64,000 nt of DNA from Dicyema japonicum (Eukaryota > Animalia > Dicyemida). The stretch is from the NCBI GenBank assembly GCA_011109175.1, contig RDEW01000058.1:68033-132032 (forward strand). The letters run 5' to 3'. Positions 36,100 through 50,090 of this stretch are shown here, in pieces. Positions within the stretch are counted from its first letter, which is position 1, and each line of letters opens with the position of its first letter. Under the pieces are notes generated by a model. That model worked only from the letters and a program-made list of their open reading frames with translations. It was not told where the DNA came from and did not search any database. A program made the translations under genes and the position numbers.

Positions 36100-38090
36100 C
36101 TGATAATTCTTGCCGGTGACATTGAACTTAATCCAGGGCCTCCACTCAATTCTGCAGATAAACATCAACGAAATCAAAAGCAAAATTCTTGAACTACGGT
36201 CTTTCATTAAAGAACAGAACATTGACTTGATTTTACTTCAAGAAAGCAGACTTACTCCATCATTACCTACCCCACATTTTCCAGGATACCACTGCATCCG
36301 CCTGGACCGCTCAAACCGTCGTGGTGGGAGTCTCATCATTATAAGAGATAACATTCGATTTACGGACATCTCAGCAAAACTACAATCACCAATAAACGAT
36401 GGGACCACGGAAATATCTGGGATGTCAATTACAAGTGGATTCGGAACTCTCAACCTTACAAACATCTACGTCTCCTCTCCAAAAGGAACCAAGTTAAACA
36501 AGCTCGGAAACCTGATATTGTGTGGAGATTTAATGCTTAACATCCAGCCTGGCTAAAATCACATCCAGCAGATTCAAGAGGATTATCCTTATTAAACCAG
36601 CTCACCTCTCTGACTATCCTCAACAACCCCAGGAAGCACACTAGGACTCCTTAAAAGGAAAACGAAGTACAACGTCCCCAGACAGTACCTTCTGTTCCCC
36701 AAACCTTGTACCGCGCACATCTTGGAGGTGCATTATGGATTATCTTCCGGCCACAATCCAATCATTGTTCGAATCAAAAAAGTTCTTTACCACAGTCAAG
36801 AGACTGGTTCATTTTTCAACTATAAAAAAGCAAACTGGAATGACCATTCAAAATACATCGATCAAGCTGAAGCCAACTAATGGGCAAACTAGTATCTTCC
36901 CTTCCATTTCAGAAATCTGCTCAGAAAATGGAGAGAAATTAAACAATTTGGCCCAAAAGGAAATTTTAAATACAACGGACGGATCAGCCAAGCTCATGAA
37001 AAACTACGACATATAAGCCACAATCCTTTCAGGAAAATGGATGGCCTTCTTTATCCTCAATAAGACCGAAGAGAACACATCCGATTATCTCACATTCAGA
37101 TATCAGTGAGGGTTTGAAGAGGTGAATTCTTCCCTCTCATGTGGGCCTGATTCTATCCCTGGTATTTTACTAAAACACCTTGGACCTATTGGATTGATGC
37201 AATCACAGTGATTTTCATTTATTCAATAAACATGAATACAATTCCAACTATCTGGAAAATGCCCTATATACGCCCAATCCTTAAGACTGGGAAGCCTAAG
37301 GAAATACTGTATCATTTCGACCAATCTCCTTATTATGCCCCGTCCCTTCCTTTTTCGTCCTCACAACATGGATTCAGAAGGGGTCATTCAACTTCTCTCA
37401 CATACTTCCCTCAACCAATTTATCATTGAAGGCTTTAAAACAAATCCTCGTCACCTCAAAACAGTCGTTTGCTCGATCGATTTACAAAGGCTTTCGACTC
37501 TGTCTCAGGAAAATCCTAACCCGGAATTTGTTTGCTCTCCCCCTCAACCCCAATATAAAACTTTAGTTTGCTAACTTTATCAATGGAAGAAGGTCCGGTA
37601 TACATGGATGGGACCAAATTAGTTTCAAGATTACTACCCACAAGATTCCATTTATCACCCGTCTTATTTAACTTATACATGTCCGACTTACCACAACCCG
37701 ATAATAAGGACGATTTCCTCCAATCATATGCTGATGACCTATTAATCCGATCCCGTGGCATTAAAACCCGTTTCCCAGCTTTGAAAATGTTGTACAAACA
37801 ATTCATTGAGCCATCTGTCAGTTATGCCTGTAAGTCATGGGGAATCTGTCCTGGACAAACAGACAAAGAATCCGGGACATTCAGGCCTTAACAGCCACTA
37901 CTATAAGTAATCTCGGGAAACTAGAAAAACTAATACCTTCATCACTTGAAGACCTTATCCGACAAAATGGAAAGGGATTTGCTACTCTGTGCATCCAGTG
38001 CAACTCTCAACAATGCACAGCCACAACGTGTCTTATGAGAAGGGTATCTATCACTCCTGATCGGCACAAACAGACGTTCTCCGGGGATTA
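36100..38090 (+). mobile_element. Degenerate APE-RT LINE (I/Jockey/CR1-type)
   Basis: APE: ILQININEI..LILLQES..DRSNRRGG..LILCGD; RT: GPDSIPG, QHGFRRGHST, CSIDLQ, LSPVLFNLYM, YADD. Confidence 0.85.
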
Positions 38091-40204
38091 ATTGTAGATT
38101 GTAAGCCTAGGGTTAATAAATAATACTGGGGGATGCTGAGAGTATATCTATAGAGATTTGACGGATATCATAAACGTCAACTGAGAAAAATTCTATGCGT
38201 CCACTGGCCAAGATAAATAACAGACTCCCATGTAAAGTGATATAATCTCGCTGGCAACTTTGGGTATATTGATGGGATAACACCCTGCAGCCTAATTATG
38301 GAGGTCTTTTCATCCAAAATGGAAGTAAAGACTTCGTGGAAGGCAGAGAACTATTCGTCCTCTCTGTCTGGATAAGGATCATGCCCAAGCTATGGGGAAT
38401 GAAAACAGCAGAGGACCGATGGACTAATGAATCGTGTAAGGAAGAAATTGTATAGAAAAACAAGTATAATGGATAGTAAAGAGTCCGTAAAAGAGTACGC
38501 CACAAGCATAGCAGTTATTCAGTATTCCCATCTTTAAATCAAATAAAGATCACAGTGATTAGGGATCCTTTAGTCCTTAAATTTGGGACATCTTTGTCTC
38601 AATCTGGCTGGTTCACACGACTGTCAACTTTGACTACATTTAATACTGACGGGCCCAACAACCATAAGAGGTTAGGAGTGAAAGTTCAGAAGAACAGAGA
38701 GGTAGATCTGGAAAAAGTATTCGAGTCTCTGGGGTAGAGCAACTATCGTATGGGAATGTAACTCAAGGACCACGAGGTTCTTCAATTCTGTTGAAAAGTA
38801 AGACCTCTTTAAAAATTAATTAATTCGATAATTATTCATTAAATAGGTTTGTTCACATAAAAATTGGTGTCAGTGGTTGGTTCTTAGATAGTTCAAGAGG
38901 CTCAACACACTTTACGTTAGCTTTAAAGTAAAGTCACTAAAATCTATGTGTTTTTAGAGCACTTTTAAATTTCTCAGATTTGATTAATATTGAGAGCAAT
39001 GAGGAAATGAATTTTTAAAAATGAATAAATAATTTAAATAGAAATAATCTGAATAAATAATAATGTTAAGTTAAAATATTTAACCAAATAAACGGGGATT
39101 AGGAGACGCTAAGGGAGGGAGACGATCTTGAAGGACTACGTGAGTTTGCCTATGACAGGGGCAAGTGAAGGAGGATGACTTAGTTACTAGTTTCTCAAGT
39201 TCCGCATGCTACGCCATAGGGCGAGAGTGCTTAATAATGACAAAATATTATCTTAAAACTAAATCCATTTATTCCCTAATCATGTTAACATTAATTAACT
39301 ATCCGCACGTTCCAAGCACATTGTTTGAGGAGTATCTTATTGAACTGCAGTCTGAAATGACAATAATAATTACAGTAGGATCTGCTGATTGGTTCTTTGT
39401 CCTAATTACATTAATATCAAACAACTACAATTTACCAAATCTGTCCAAATAATATATTTTCCATCAGGTTTATATCTAGGCTAAATATACTACATACGCT
39501 TGTGGGTCGTTTGTTGCATCACTACACAATACACGGACACTAATTTAACATTAAAAATACTTATTCATCCAAACATCATTAGTGGCTACATTAGTAAATG
39601 ATTGTATTATCGAAGAATGGGGAAAATGACTATAAATTAATAATAAACTTACATTTCTTGAAGATTTATCAATAATGTAGCAAAATCAATGTCTATATGC
39701 CTTAGTGCGTGACAATGTATTAAGTTTCTGCCGATTTCAAATATAAAATACATTGATTCTATAGTGATTGGAAAAGCAGTGGAAACAATCGTTTCGATGA
39801 TATTATCATCATTGCAGCAACTATAAGTGAATAATACAATAATACAATAGTGACACGTTGATCTTCCTAATTTCAAAGCTCTCCCCTGAAGGGATATTTA
39901 TGTTTTGCACACCAAGCGTATCTATCGGTAATCTGTACTTTGTATAATAATTAGCATCGTAATCACAGTTATTCCAATTCTGTGATATGAAAAATTTTAA
40001 ATACTACAAGTATCCATCTTCGTGCACTCCTGCATCACTACAACTTCCAGTGATAATTGAATGTGAACAAACTAACAAAATGAATAAATGCTGCATTAAT
40101 TAACATATTTAAAATTAAACTTAATTTAACAGGGTTCGCCAAATATAAATTTTATTTTATATAATAATTTATAAAATAATTAATATAGTAATTATAGGAG
40201 AATT
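37818..40204. repeat. 2.4-kb segmental duplication, inverted copy at 60713-63112
   Basis: Base-level reverse-complement match along the whole length; both ends traced (LINE tail at one end, AT-rich island at the other). Confidence 0.95.
39299..40096 (-). CDS. Unknown secreted Cys-containing protein, copy 1
   Basis: Signal peptide MQHLFILLVCSHSIITGSC; exons ..NWNNCDYDANYYTKY.., ..CCNDDNIIETIVSTAFPI.., ..WTDLVNC.. separated by several 21-28 nt GT-AG introns conserved in copies 2 and 3. Last junctions not fully resolved. Confidence 0.6.
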
Positions 40205-40529
40205 ATTTATACTCGATGATCAAGTTCGGATTGTACAAACCGAGTTGGATCTGATGAAGCTATTTTATTAGAATGAAAAAGACGATGTAAAAAATACGAT
40301 TACATAAAAAATTGAAAGATTTTTTGGAAAAAAAGTTCACATTCATATTCCTTAGTTATTAATTTACCAGTTTACCAATTTTTAGTAAATTTTGTACAAA
40401 CAATCTCCACAAGACCGATCTTTTCGAAAACCCCACAGATGCTCCTATAGTATATCATTACGTTCTATATTTTCAGAAAGTCTGTTGAGTACAATTCTTT
40501 TTAACCGACCAATATATCACGTATTCAGG

Positions 40530-42060
40530 ATTGGCCGGTGGAGCGTAGTGCTACACGGGAAATTAAGCAGAGCAAAGCAGAAGTTTCGGAGACGGTATCT
40601 TGGGAGTTAAGTGAAATAATCGCACGTCTGAACAAGCTATGTACGCTGCTGAAAGTGGATTCACGGGATTTGGTGGACCTGGCAGTGGAGAGCGCACTCC
40701 ACCAACAAAACTATGAAAAAGTACTTAGATTATATTTTATTGGCTCCCGATTCGGAATTAGTGTCCGTCGATGTACAATTGGAGGGACGTGGATAAGCGT
40801 GGGAGGATTATACTCTAAGGACTTGGCCCGATCTTCTCGAAAATTGCTGAGTTCTTCGAAAGAAACATGATGTCGATCTTGGTAGTAGACTTGAATGCTA
40901 AGAATACGAGTTACGGATGCTGCAAAAACAACGGGGATGGGCGACTCATAGCTGATCTGGTTAGCGAGATTGGAGTTGAAGTCTTGACGTCTGAGGAACC
41001 CAACCATTTCTCCCACTATGTCGGTGATATGCTGGATTGGTTCTAGTGTCTCCACAACTTCTAGATCATGTGGACAGACCGAGAATACTTAGGGAGCGAT
41101 CATATCCCACAGGAGGTGATTATAAACTTGGAGCCGAATATTGTTGAAGATATTTTCATAAATCATGACACCTCGTCGATGGCCTGGGGACATTATCGTT
41201 GTTATCTGTCAAAGACCTTACGAATGAGGACTAATTCTTTCTCTACACCTGAGGAGTTGGACGTTTTTAACTGGGAACTGTCTAAAATTATGCTGATGTA
41301 TCTGCGATTGTATGGAAAGAGGGTCTATTCAAAGAGTGTTTCGGACAAGAAGCAGTCTTGCCAATCCATGATACGGAATCTTATTCGCGAAAGGAATAGT
41401 CTGAAGCTAAGCTTAGACTTTGTGTGGATTTGGGGACATGAAAACTCTTAAAAGCAAAATTTCTGTATTCAAAAATTTCTGAAAAGAGCATAAAAAGTTG
41501 TTGCGGAGGATAAACTGAAAAAAATGCAGCCTCCAAAAGTTAACAGGAAAAACCCTTGTTTCTGGAAAATGTACAGAAGGCTTACTAATGGAAACTTAGG
41601 GCGAAGAGTATTGTCCTGGCCGATCATGAGGGAAGGACAATTCCTTTGGAAAGAGTTTCTTCGGTGTTCAGGAAGTAGCTCAAGGATATACTGGGAGTTG
41701 ATCCGATTAGTATTATAATTGAGAAGTATTCAGAAGAGATTTAAATTTTAAAGTCAGAACTGCTATACGCAAGTGCAAGGTTCCTGGATTCGACCGCATT
41801 CTTATGAGTATGTTTAAAGAAGGGTCCGATGAACTGTCTGTTCTACAAAAGATGTATAACTCGATTTTTAAGCTCGGATATGTTCCTCAGCTACGGGAGT
41901 GTTCTATTGGAAGATGATCCTCAAACCTGGAAAGTCGAGGAAGGATCCTTTTAGATATAGACCAATAAGCCTCATATGTTCTGCATCCAAGATTATGGAA
42001 CGGATTGTATTCAAGAGATTGAATCGCCTCGTCGCGAATGGTGTGAAACTGGTTTGGATA
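40530..42060 (+). mobile_element. Degenerate APE-RT LINE, RT interrupted by a CRE-like fragment
   Basis: APE: VDLNAKN..YG..NGDG, LGSDHIP; RT start: ILKPGKSRKDPFRYRPISLICSASKIMERI. Confidence 0.8.
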
Positions 42061-42061
42061 C

Positions 42062-42750
42062 GCCCAACGATCCTTCGAGGCAACGTGACTGGGATGAGAT
42101 CTACTCCGTGTTCCTCCCTGAGGACCCTTTTGGACGATGACTGTATTCGGATTGGGATCGCACAACGCCTGGGAGTTGATGTTTGCGTCGAACACCAATG
42201 TCGCTGTGGAGGGATCGTCAATGCCAAAGGGCTACACCCGCTCTCGTGCAAAAGGAGCGCGGCAGAGCACCCCGCCATGCTGCTATGAACAACATTGTCA
42301 TGCGTGCTCTTGAAGCTGCAGGCTTCCCGGCAGTACTGGAACCCGTGGGATTGGACCGCGGAGACTGAAAAAGACAGGATGGGTTAACTATCTTTCCGTT
42401 CACTGAGGAAAAATCGCTCGTATGGGACTGCACTGTTGTGGATTCTTTCTCGAACTCGATGATACCCAGCTCGGCGCATTCTGCTGGATCGGAGCCGATC
42501 TGGCCGAGTAAATCAAAATTAAAAAATATGGCGAAATTGGGGAGCGCTACCGTTTTGTACCGGTGGCAACCGAGACCTCTAGTGCGGCCGGAAGTATTAC
42601 AGCCTCTTTCCTGAAGGATATCGGGGGGAAATTGGCCCACCGCAAGAAAGACGTGCGGAAATCGGTCTGGCTGAGGCAACGAATTGTGATCGCAGTTGTC
42701 CGCGGAAACGCTTACCCCGTAATGTCATCAGCCGCTCTTCCCCATAGTTA
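42062..42750 (+). mobile_element. CRE-like REL retrotransposon, 3' fragment
   Basis: LLDDDCIRIGIAQRLG..CRCGG..GLHPLSC..RHAAMN, EPVGLDRGD, LVWDCTVVD, VAVVRGN-type end. Confidence 0.9.
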
Positions 42751-42864
42751 ATAAATAATATTTTTTGTTAAATAAATGATTTCGTGTAAATAAATAAGAA
42801 ATAAAATATTTTAAAATTATTAAAATAAAAATATAAAAAATAATGTAAAATTATTCCTCTAATA

Positions 42865-44273
42865 ATGTGTTCGCTTCACGTTGTTGTGGTTACTTATACA
42901 GGAGGAGTTCTGTTTGGGTATGAAATAATACTAGAAAACGTAAGGATATTATTTAAAGGTAGAACCAACTAAAATTCATACCAAAATTCACGACAAATTC
43001 GCACATAAACACAGTCAAATCACTGGTCATCTCACAGCGTGGAATTCTCGCCTCTAGAGATACGACGATACCATTCGACTGATAGATTTGGTCAACAATA
43101 AAGAAGTAGGAGTTTTGATGGAGCATTCTGGTCAATAATTTTTATATTTCTAGTTATGTGACTTCTCTCTCTTTCAGTCGTCCATCCGTTTATTCTGCTG
43201 TTTTAAAGATAACTCAATCTCAGTTTTTAACACGAGAAACTGGACCTGTTTAAAAAGCTGGAAAAACACAAGTTTAAGTTTAAGTTGAGTAATCATTTTA
43301 GATCCGCCGTTGTTTCCATGTCAATCAACTCCTGTGGGAAATTGTTGCTATCCCTATCGCATGTTGGCGCTCTTAAGCTTTGGAATGTGACCATTGAAAA
43401 ATCAATTTACACCACAAAGATGGAGGGAGGTTTCATTTATATATTTATTTAATATTTAAATTTTTATATTATAATAAATTATTTTATTTAATATTATCTT
43501 GTTTTTAGCTACGGTAATAATATGGGTACGTTTTAACGAAGAGGATTTGTATATAATTGTTTACCCTCATTCCCTTGTGTTCCAATCGGTATTTTAATGA
43601 TTCATGGTAAAGGTCGTAAAATCCCGAGTTTTGGCGAAACTCATAGACTTTAAAATGTCCTCTTCTGTCACTCCTGTTGATTATAGTGATGTTGGTTTTG
43701 GTGGTTAGTCTACTTTAGGATAATTGCTTGCTCGTTGTTGGTCTCTCTAGTGGGGAGTTGTTCGTTTATATATTCATGGACACTTTGGACACTGTGTTGT
43801 TGTCCACACATACAGATCATGTTGGAAGGTTATATTTTATGTATAAAATTAGACTCAAGGGGTTGCCGTTTCGGATTTTTGAGGGGAATGATTTGTTGGT
43901 GAGCTGTAGTTAGATGGGGATTTGAAATATTGGATTTTATCGAATGATTGTATTCTGCTTGTTTGTGAGCCGGTTCGACTCTCCCACTAGATACTTGATC
44001 GAATTGTTTTTCTTCTCTCTCTACGAGTGATGATATGAATCTCTGTCTCATGTGGTGGGCAGTGCTAGAGTGGCTCAAAGAATTATAATTTTTGTTCTAC
44101 CCCATTGCATTGGAAAGGTTCTCACGGGTGTAAGGGATTGTGTTTTCTTCCCAATCACTGGATTGTGTGTAATCGACTGATTCCACCAAATCTGAAGCTT
44201 GGAGCTAAAGAAACGCTATATAAGCATACATCGTCACAAAAATGAAAAAAAGCTGAAGGATATCAGTCTGTAG
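42865..44273 (+). CDS. PAK1IP1: WD40 60S biogenesis factor PAK1IP1/Mak11
   Basis: VVVTYTGGVLFGY (cf. LVAGCYEQVLFGF), DDTIRLIDL..KEVGVLMEH, NWTCLKSWK..SINSCGKLLLS..LKLWN, LVSCSSDG; tiny introns plus a 79-nt AT-rich intron (43430-43508). 3' end approximate. Confidence 0.8.
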
Positions 44274-47200
44274 CTGCAAGTATGATGATTCCATGCATGC
44301 TAACAATAATAGGCCCTGTATTTAAATTCCACGTTTATGAGAAGTATGAGAGATGTCTACAAATGGATGACTAAGGTGATACCTTTCTCTTGCTAATCTA
44401 AGTATTATCCGTGAAAATCATCACTTGAGTGTTATTGATCTTGTTTGAGTACTTAATTATTTATGTCTCACTTCTTTCCAAATTTTGTGATATATCGCTA
44501 TAATCACTAAAAAGATCATGTCAATTGAATAAGAGATACAAGAGTATATCCATGAACAGTCTATGAATGACTCACCAGATATTTTTTGTTGTCGTCTCCT
44601 TAAACTAGTTGCTACAATCTCTTGGCAGAAATACTTGAGATGACAGTCTGAGCTCACAACACTCTCTTGACTTTAACCACTAATCTTCCCACTTCTCAAA
44701 TCCACTAACCACGAGCTCACTTATTAGACCTTTACCGTCCCCCAATAGACCGCATTGTAAAATTTACTATGAAACTGTATCCGAAATGAAAAAATTCACT
44801 TTGTGTCCACCAGAGCCTTATGAATATTTGGAGAACACCAAACACTGGGAGATCTTCTTATAAGACCAGCGCAAGAGAATCAATGCTCCTAAGGACCATC
44901 AGACTCGACAGCCTACAGTGTGAACTTCTTCCATCTCTGAGTGGAAAAGATATTAAAGATCTCTGCTCCCCCCGACGTTGAAAGGAACCTCAATAGGAAG
45001 ATCTGACATGTTAACGATGCTGTAGCCAATTTTGTTTCAGTTAGAAAATATAATCGATTAAGAAAAACTTCGAAACATTTAAGGAATAGAACAGGCAGAA
45101 TTATTTTTCTTAGTGATGACAAAGTTAAACAAGAGAAAGCAAATGTCCCTTTGAAGCCATCCTGGCACGGTGCACCAAGAAATGATGAGATGGAAGTAAG
45201 AATTAACGAGAACCTTTCAACCAAGTAGCCAGTCAAGGAATTAAACTACAGGTTATTGTTGTAGTAATGACATCCTAATCACTGAACTTTGTGGGATTCC
45301 TTGTGCTCTCTACCCTTGTGCCGTCTAGTGATTTAGATTTCTACACGCACTGGAGATTTCCGCGAACACTGCTGGATATTAGAAAAGAGTTTCGACTGAG
45401 TGAAGATTCCATTGAAAGAAGATAAAGTTGAGTTTAAAACCTTTTTTGTAATTAAAATGAATTTCTACCAAAAATTGTTTAAAAGAGAATTGACTCACAA
45501 AAACGTCGAATCTGCTATTCCGACAAGAAGTTGTTCGGTGGCTATCATGGCCATAATAGCTTGTTGGTGATGATTTCTTTCTCACAGTAGTCCCTATAGT
45601 GACCAACTGCTCATTTAAGGAATATTAAATTATTTTATCATAAAATGATGGATGCTACTAATGAAAGCCTAAAGTTTTAATAAATCTAATTTTAAATTAA
45701 TAATAAAAAAATATTAAATAATAAAAAAAGTTTATGAATTTGAAAAATGACAAGAATGAAATAATCTAGTGGTACCATCTCGATTGATGTAGAAAGTGTC
45801 AATCTCAAGTTGTTATAACCAAATCATAGAAAAATCAAACAGTGAGCTAATGAATGGAATATAATGGAATATGCTATATAACCATATACTGGAAGAATTG
45901 ATGGATCCCCATAGACTTGAGAATATTTCAACATACACATTATTAATTTGATCGAAAAAGTATAATTTTAATGATGAACAACATAATTATTATCATTACC
46001 CCAGGATGAACAACATATTCATTGAATGACTGATTATTTGCTGAAATAGTCAATAGGTTTCACTCAACAGCTGCTCACGGACTGTAAATGATTTTAGTCC
46101 TCCATCGGTCACTTGGTAATAGGCAATTCACTAGTCGGTTTTGGAAAATTTTCACGAGAATATGGGAGATAATAAAAATGCGAGCTGTGAATATGGGGAT
46201 GACAAAGGAAACCTCGTTTGAGGTCATCGTGAAAAAGTCGGGTGACACATTCGTCCAATCGGCCAAGCGTGGGTTCTAGAGAGAAACACTGGGAAATGAT
46301 GAGTCGAAATATAATATCGGAAATGACGGAAATAACGTGGAATATAGAATTTAACAAATTTATTCAATGAATATTTCTTGCCACAACAATTGATGTAAAA
46401 TGTCTCAGAGAGATGGTGGGTCGACGAAATATTGATATTACCATATTCAAATTTTCGGCAACAGTAGAGAAAATTTATAAAAATTGTTCAGAAATAAATA
46501 AATGAATAAACTTGTTAAAATTAAGATGAAATAATTCTGTTAAAGTCAAGGAATATGAAATATAGTCAATTGATAAAAATTTAAATATATGAATCTCAGA
46601 TGAAGCCAGACAACGAGAAAATATTTCTATATGAATTTAAATAAAATAAATAATTTATTATTTTTTATTAAAAAATCAAATTAAAAATTAACTTTAATAT
46701 AATATAATTTTTTGGAAAAGCTGTTCTAATTTTTTCAGTCTTAATTTTTCATAAAACATACATTTTTTACTGTTTTTAACTTATCTGCCAAGATTAATAG
46801 TTAACTTGGTCATAATTGCGAAAGATGGTAAATAACCACATGTTTTAATGAAATTATCAGGTTATTATCTTTATATACCGACCACAGCTGTTTAAATTAG
46901 GTTTCTGTGTATGTAAATTCCGGCCAAAGTATTTTTGTTCACGACATTCTTGAGCTATACATTTATTCTTAGTCGTTGGGATCCTCTGTACTTTCCCATT
47001 GCTATGGTTTTTAAAGTTCAAAACTAGAATAGTCGAAACTCTAAATTGAATAAGAGATCTCTGTTGAGAGATCCGGAAACCATGACTTTAGTAAATGGTG
47101 GTTATTGAAACAATCTGGGGTTTTTCATAAAGATAGATAGAAGGACTCAGAAAGTTCTTCGGGAACATTACCCAAGTGATCGACATGCAAGATTTCGTCA

Positions 47201-49144
47201 TTTATTATCAATCTAATAAAAAGTTAATACTTCACTCACCGTATGTTTGATACTACAGAGGGAATACATTGCGTAGTCACTTCGAGGGTCTTCAATATTT
47301 ACTCCCAGTCGCATAAAGTGAAGGAAACCGAGGTATTTTTCAAGTGAAGGAAACCGAAAGTAACAACGAAAACTGACAATTCAAGAGAACTGTAAGTCTT
47401 GGATAAATTTAAAAATGTAATTTTTAATAAAAAATGTTATATAAATCAAAAGTTATAAGTCTAAAAAATCAAAAAATTAATTAATTAATATAACTCCAAA
47501 GACCAATGGTAACCAAACTAACTAACTCCTTGATCCTGACTCGTTCCAGCGTTCCAGAACTTGTCGCCAGGTAACTACATTGCCCCCGGGGAAAGAATAG
47601 TGGATCCTGTTTTGGCTAATGTCAAAAAATCAAAATTTAATTTTTTAGGTCAATAAAGTCTAAAATTTATTGATTTTTATTTTTTATCTATTAATTTTTA
47701 TAGTTTTTTAATAAAATAATAACGTGTCGACAACTAGAAAGTCAATGAAAAGCTCAACATTGTTATTAGATAGCATCCTGGTGATTTTCTATCAACTCAC
47801 AAATTTTCTAGAACAGCTTTTTATTGATTTTTTTGTTTCAAACTAACAGGTTTATCATTTTTATTAGTATTTAACAGATGCTACTGCAAAAATATCTATT
47901 TTCTCATTCTATTCACCGACTCTAGGATCAATGAGGTCACTAATGCTTAGTGAAATATGATTTTCCTGAATAAGTTGAACAGTTTTTTAAAAACTTGTTT
48001 GAGGTATATCGTTTTACTTTTTGCTATGCTAAGGTAATTTGACCGAAGCTATTTCTGAGTTTTTTTTGATTCACTTTTTATAGAGTTGGAAAAGTTTGTT
48101 TGATCTACAAAATCGATATAAATAAGTGAATACACTAATAAATTTCTTGCATAAAAAACAGAAAATTTTTATTAAAAAAATAATTCCGGTCAGAAGGAGG
48201 AATTATCTTGAATTTGTTGAATAATATTTTTTTAGGAAAGAAGAGAGTAAATGTCATATAACGTCTGCCCTGACTGCGTAGGTATTCTTTCTGAAGACGG
48301 AGAGCGAGATTCGCTCAAATAACCAGCAGCGCAATATTGTAAAAATTTTATTGATGTAAAAAATAACTATATTTTTATGGAAATGATATTTTAATATAAA
48401 ATGGCTGGAAGTGATCTATAAAATGAACTACTGAGTAATTTATCAACCACATTATGTCAAAATTAATTTATAAATCAAGATGACCTACTTCACTGTAGAA
48501 GACGCAACGAGCATATTCAAGATGAGTCTTGTTTGGTGTAAAGGGTCCATAATTTGAAGAGGAGACATATGGTGTTACGTCATAGAAACCCCATCAACTA
48601 ATACAACTCGTGTTTCTCCCTTTTGCTTAGTCAGTAACGAGTTTGTTTTTTAAATATAATTCTATGTCTGTCTCCTGCGTTTGTTTTAAAAACACTTTGT
48701 TAAGGTTCGATACTTATGGCTCGTATTTAACCGTCTCAACCAGTTACCTTACATTCGGTCATACGCTTGAACGCTTTACTGCAAAGTCGATTTTGTGCCG
48801 CATTATCAACCTAAACTCTATCACAGCCAGTGACGGTAATTATATGAGGATATGTTCAGTTATGCCTTTGAAACATGTTACCCGAGTTCAATCTTGTATT
48901 TCCTAGACTGTAAATCATGCATTCCCCTTAGTCGAATAGTTGCCCTTCCAATTTTGAGTTTGTCTTGATTTTTGAACATCAGACTTTTAATCTTCCGTTC
49001 AACCCAGTCGAACCTCTAATAAATACTACACTTTACGATGAGCTATATTAGCTATAGCTCCTCCCAGACACGACACACTCTATTCAAGTAGAGAAACGCT
49101 ATCATAACTTGGGAGAACCAAGGAATGCTCTTCATTTCTATTTT

Positions 49145-49311
49145 CTTTATGTTGGGGGTGCTTTTTGTAGACGATCCGGTTCCGCAGTTAGATGTTCACT
49201 GATGACGGAGTCACTCGTCAAATCAAAGGATCGTAGATGCGTTGAACCTTTACAGCAACGGGATTGGAACAAGGGACCATCTAGCCGAGCACTCGTTACA
49301 GTGCACCATCC
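49145..49311 (-). mobile_element. tRNA-derived SINE, degenerate copy
   Basis: Body aligns with 52600-52771 (AAGGTTC..CGCA.CTACGAT...CTGCGGAAC.GGAT.GTCTA); weak A/B boxes. Confidence 0.55.
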
Positions 49312-49469
49312 AATAAATATAATTTAAAAATTTAAAATTATAAAAAAATCAGACTAATAAATGTCTCATATCCAAACACCGACTTTTCTCCCTATCAAGG
49401 AGTCTTTTAACGAACTGCTTCCAGGGATACCGACTGTACCAGTTGATAAATTATATTTCCTTGGATGCC

Positions 49470-50090
49470 CACTCAACTAAGAAGAACTCAAGAATCCTCT
49501 ACTTTCCAAAATGAAGACCTAGCAGGCCTCGCGAAAAGATTGTCATGTCTCGACTCTCACACATCCTTCTTCCTGATGAGGAACAAATCGGACTACCAAG
49601 CTTTATATCTACTCCGATGTTCACCCTGCTACGAACAATACGACAGTCTACTTTCGATAGACAAATCTCTCAAACAAACATGTGAGTCACAATTAACGTC
49701 CGCTTCGACGAACTTGGTTGGAAACAATGTAATCTTCCCTCTTGATTTGGAAGTGTCGGTCTAAGATCGGCGCTGGAAATTGCGTACCCGGCATATCTAT
49801 CGTCTCTCTCAAGCTGCAACCATTTCTTCATAAAACGATTGGAAGATATATTTTTACCACAGGGATTGGTAGCGAATTACTCCTGTTGCAGTAGAGTCAT
49901 CAGGAGCCGTTGGTCCAATAACGTATGAGTTCTTTGCAATTTCGGAGGAATGCTTACCAGAAAGAAAAGGGATCAACGAAAAAAGTTCTGACTGAGACAA
50001 AAGATTGGAATGGCCGTACTCTGAGGGAACTCGTTTGCGATCCACGCAGCTGGCTTCTTCAACAAACATTTGTTTCTTTGTTAAATAATT
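49470..50090 (+). mobile_element. CRE-like REL retrotransposon, internally deleted fragment
   Basis: YLLRCSPCYE, LRSALEIAYPAYLSSLS joined to PVAVESSGAVGP and ..GNSFAI. Confidence 0.8.

Noticed and set aside
44700-45260. Gypsy integrase fragment
   Set aside because: Only a vague KPSWHG resemblance; no HHCC or DDE motifs could be aligned.
49199-49230. Hammerhead ribozyme (CTGATGA plus hairpin)
   Set aside because: No GAAA after the stem, and the segment lies in a variable loop on the antisense strand of a SINE absent from the sister copy.
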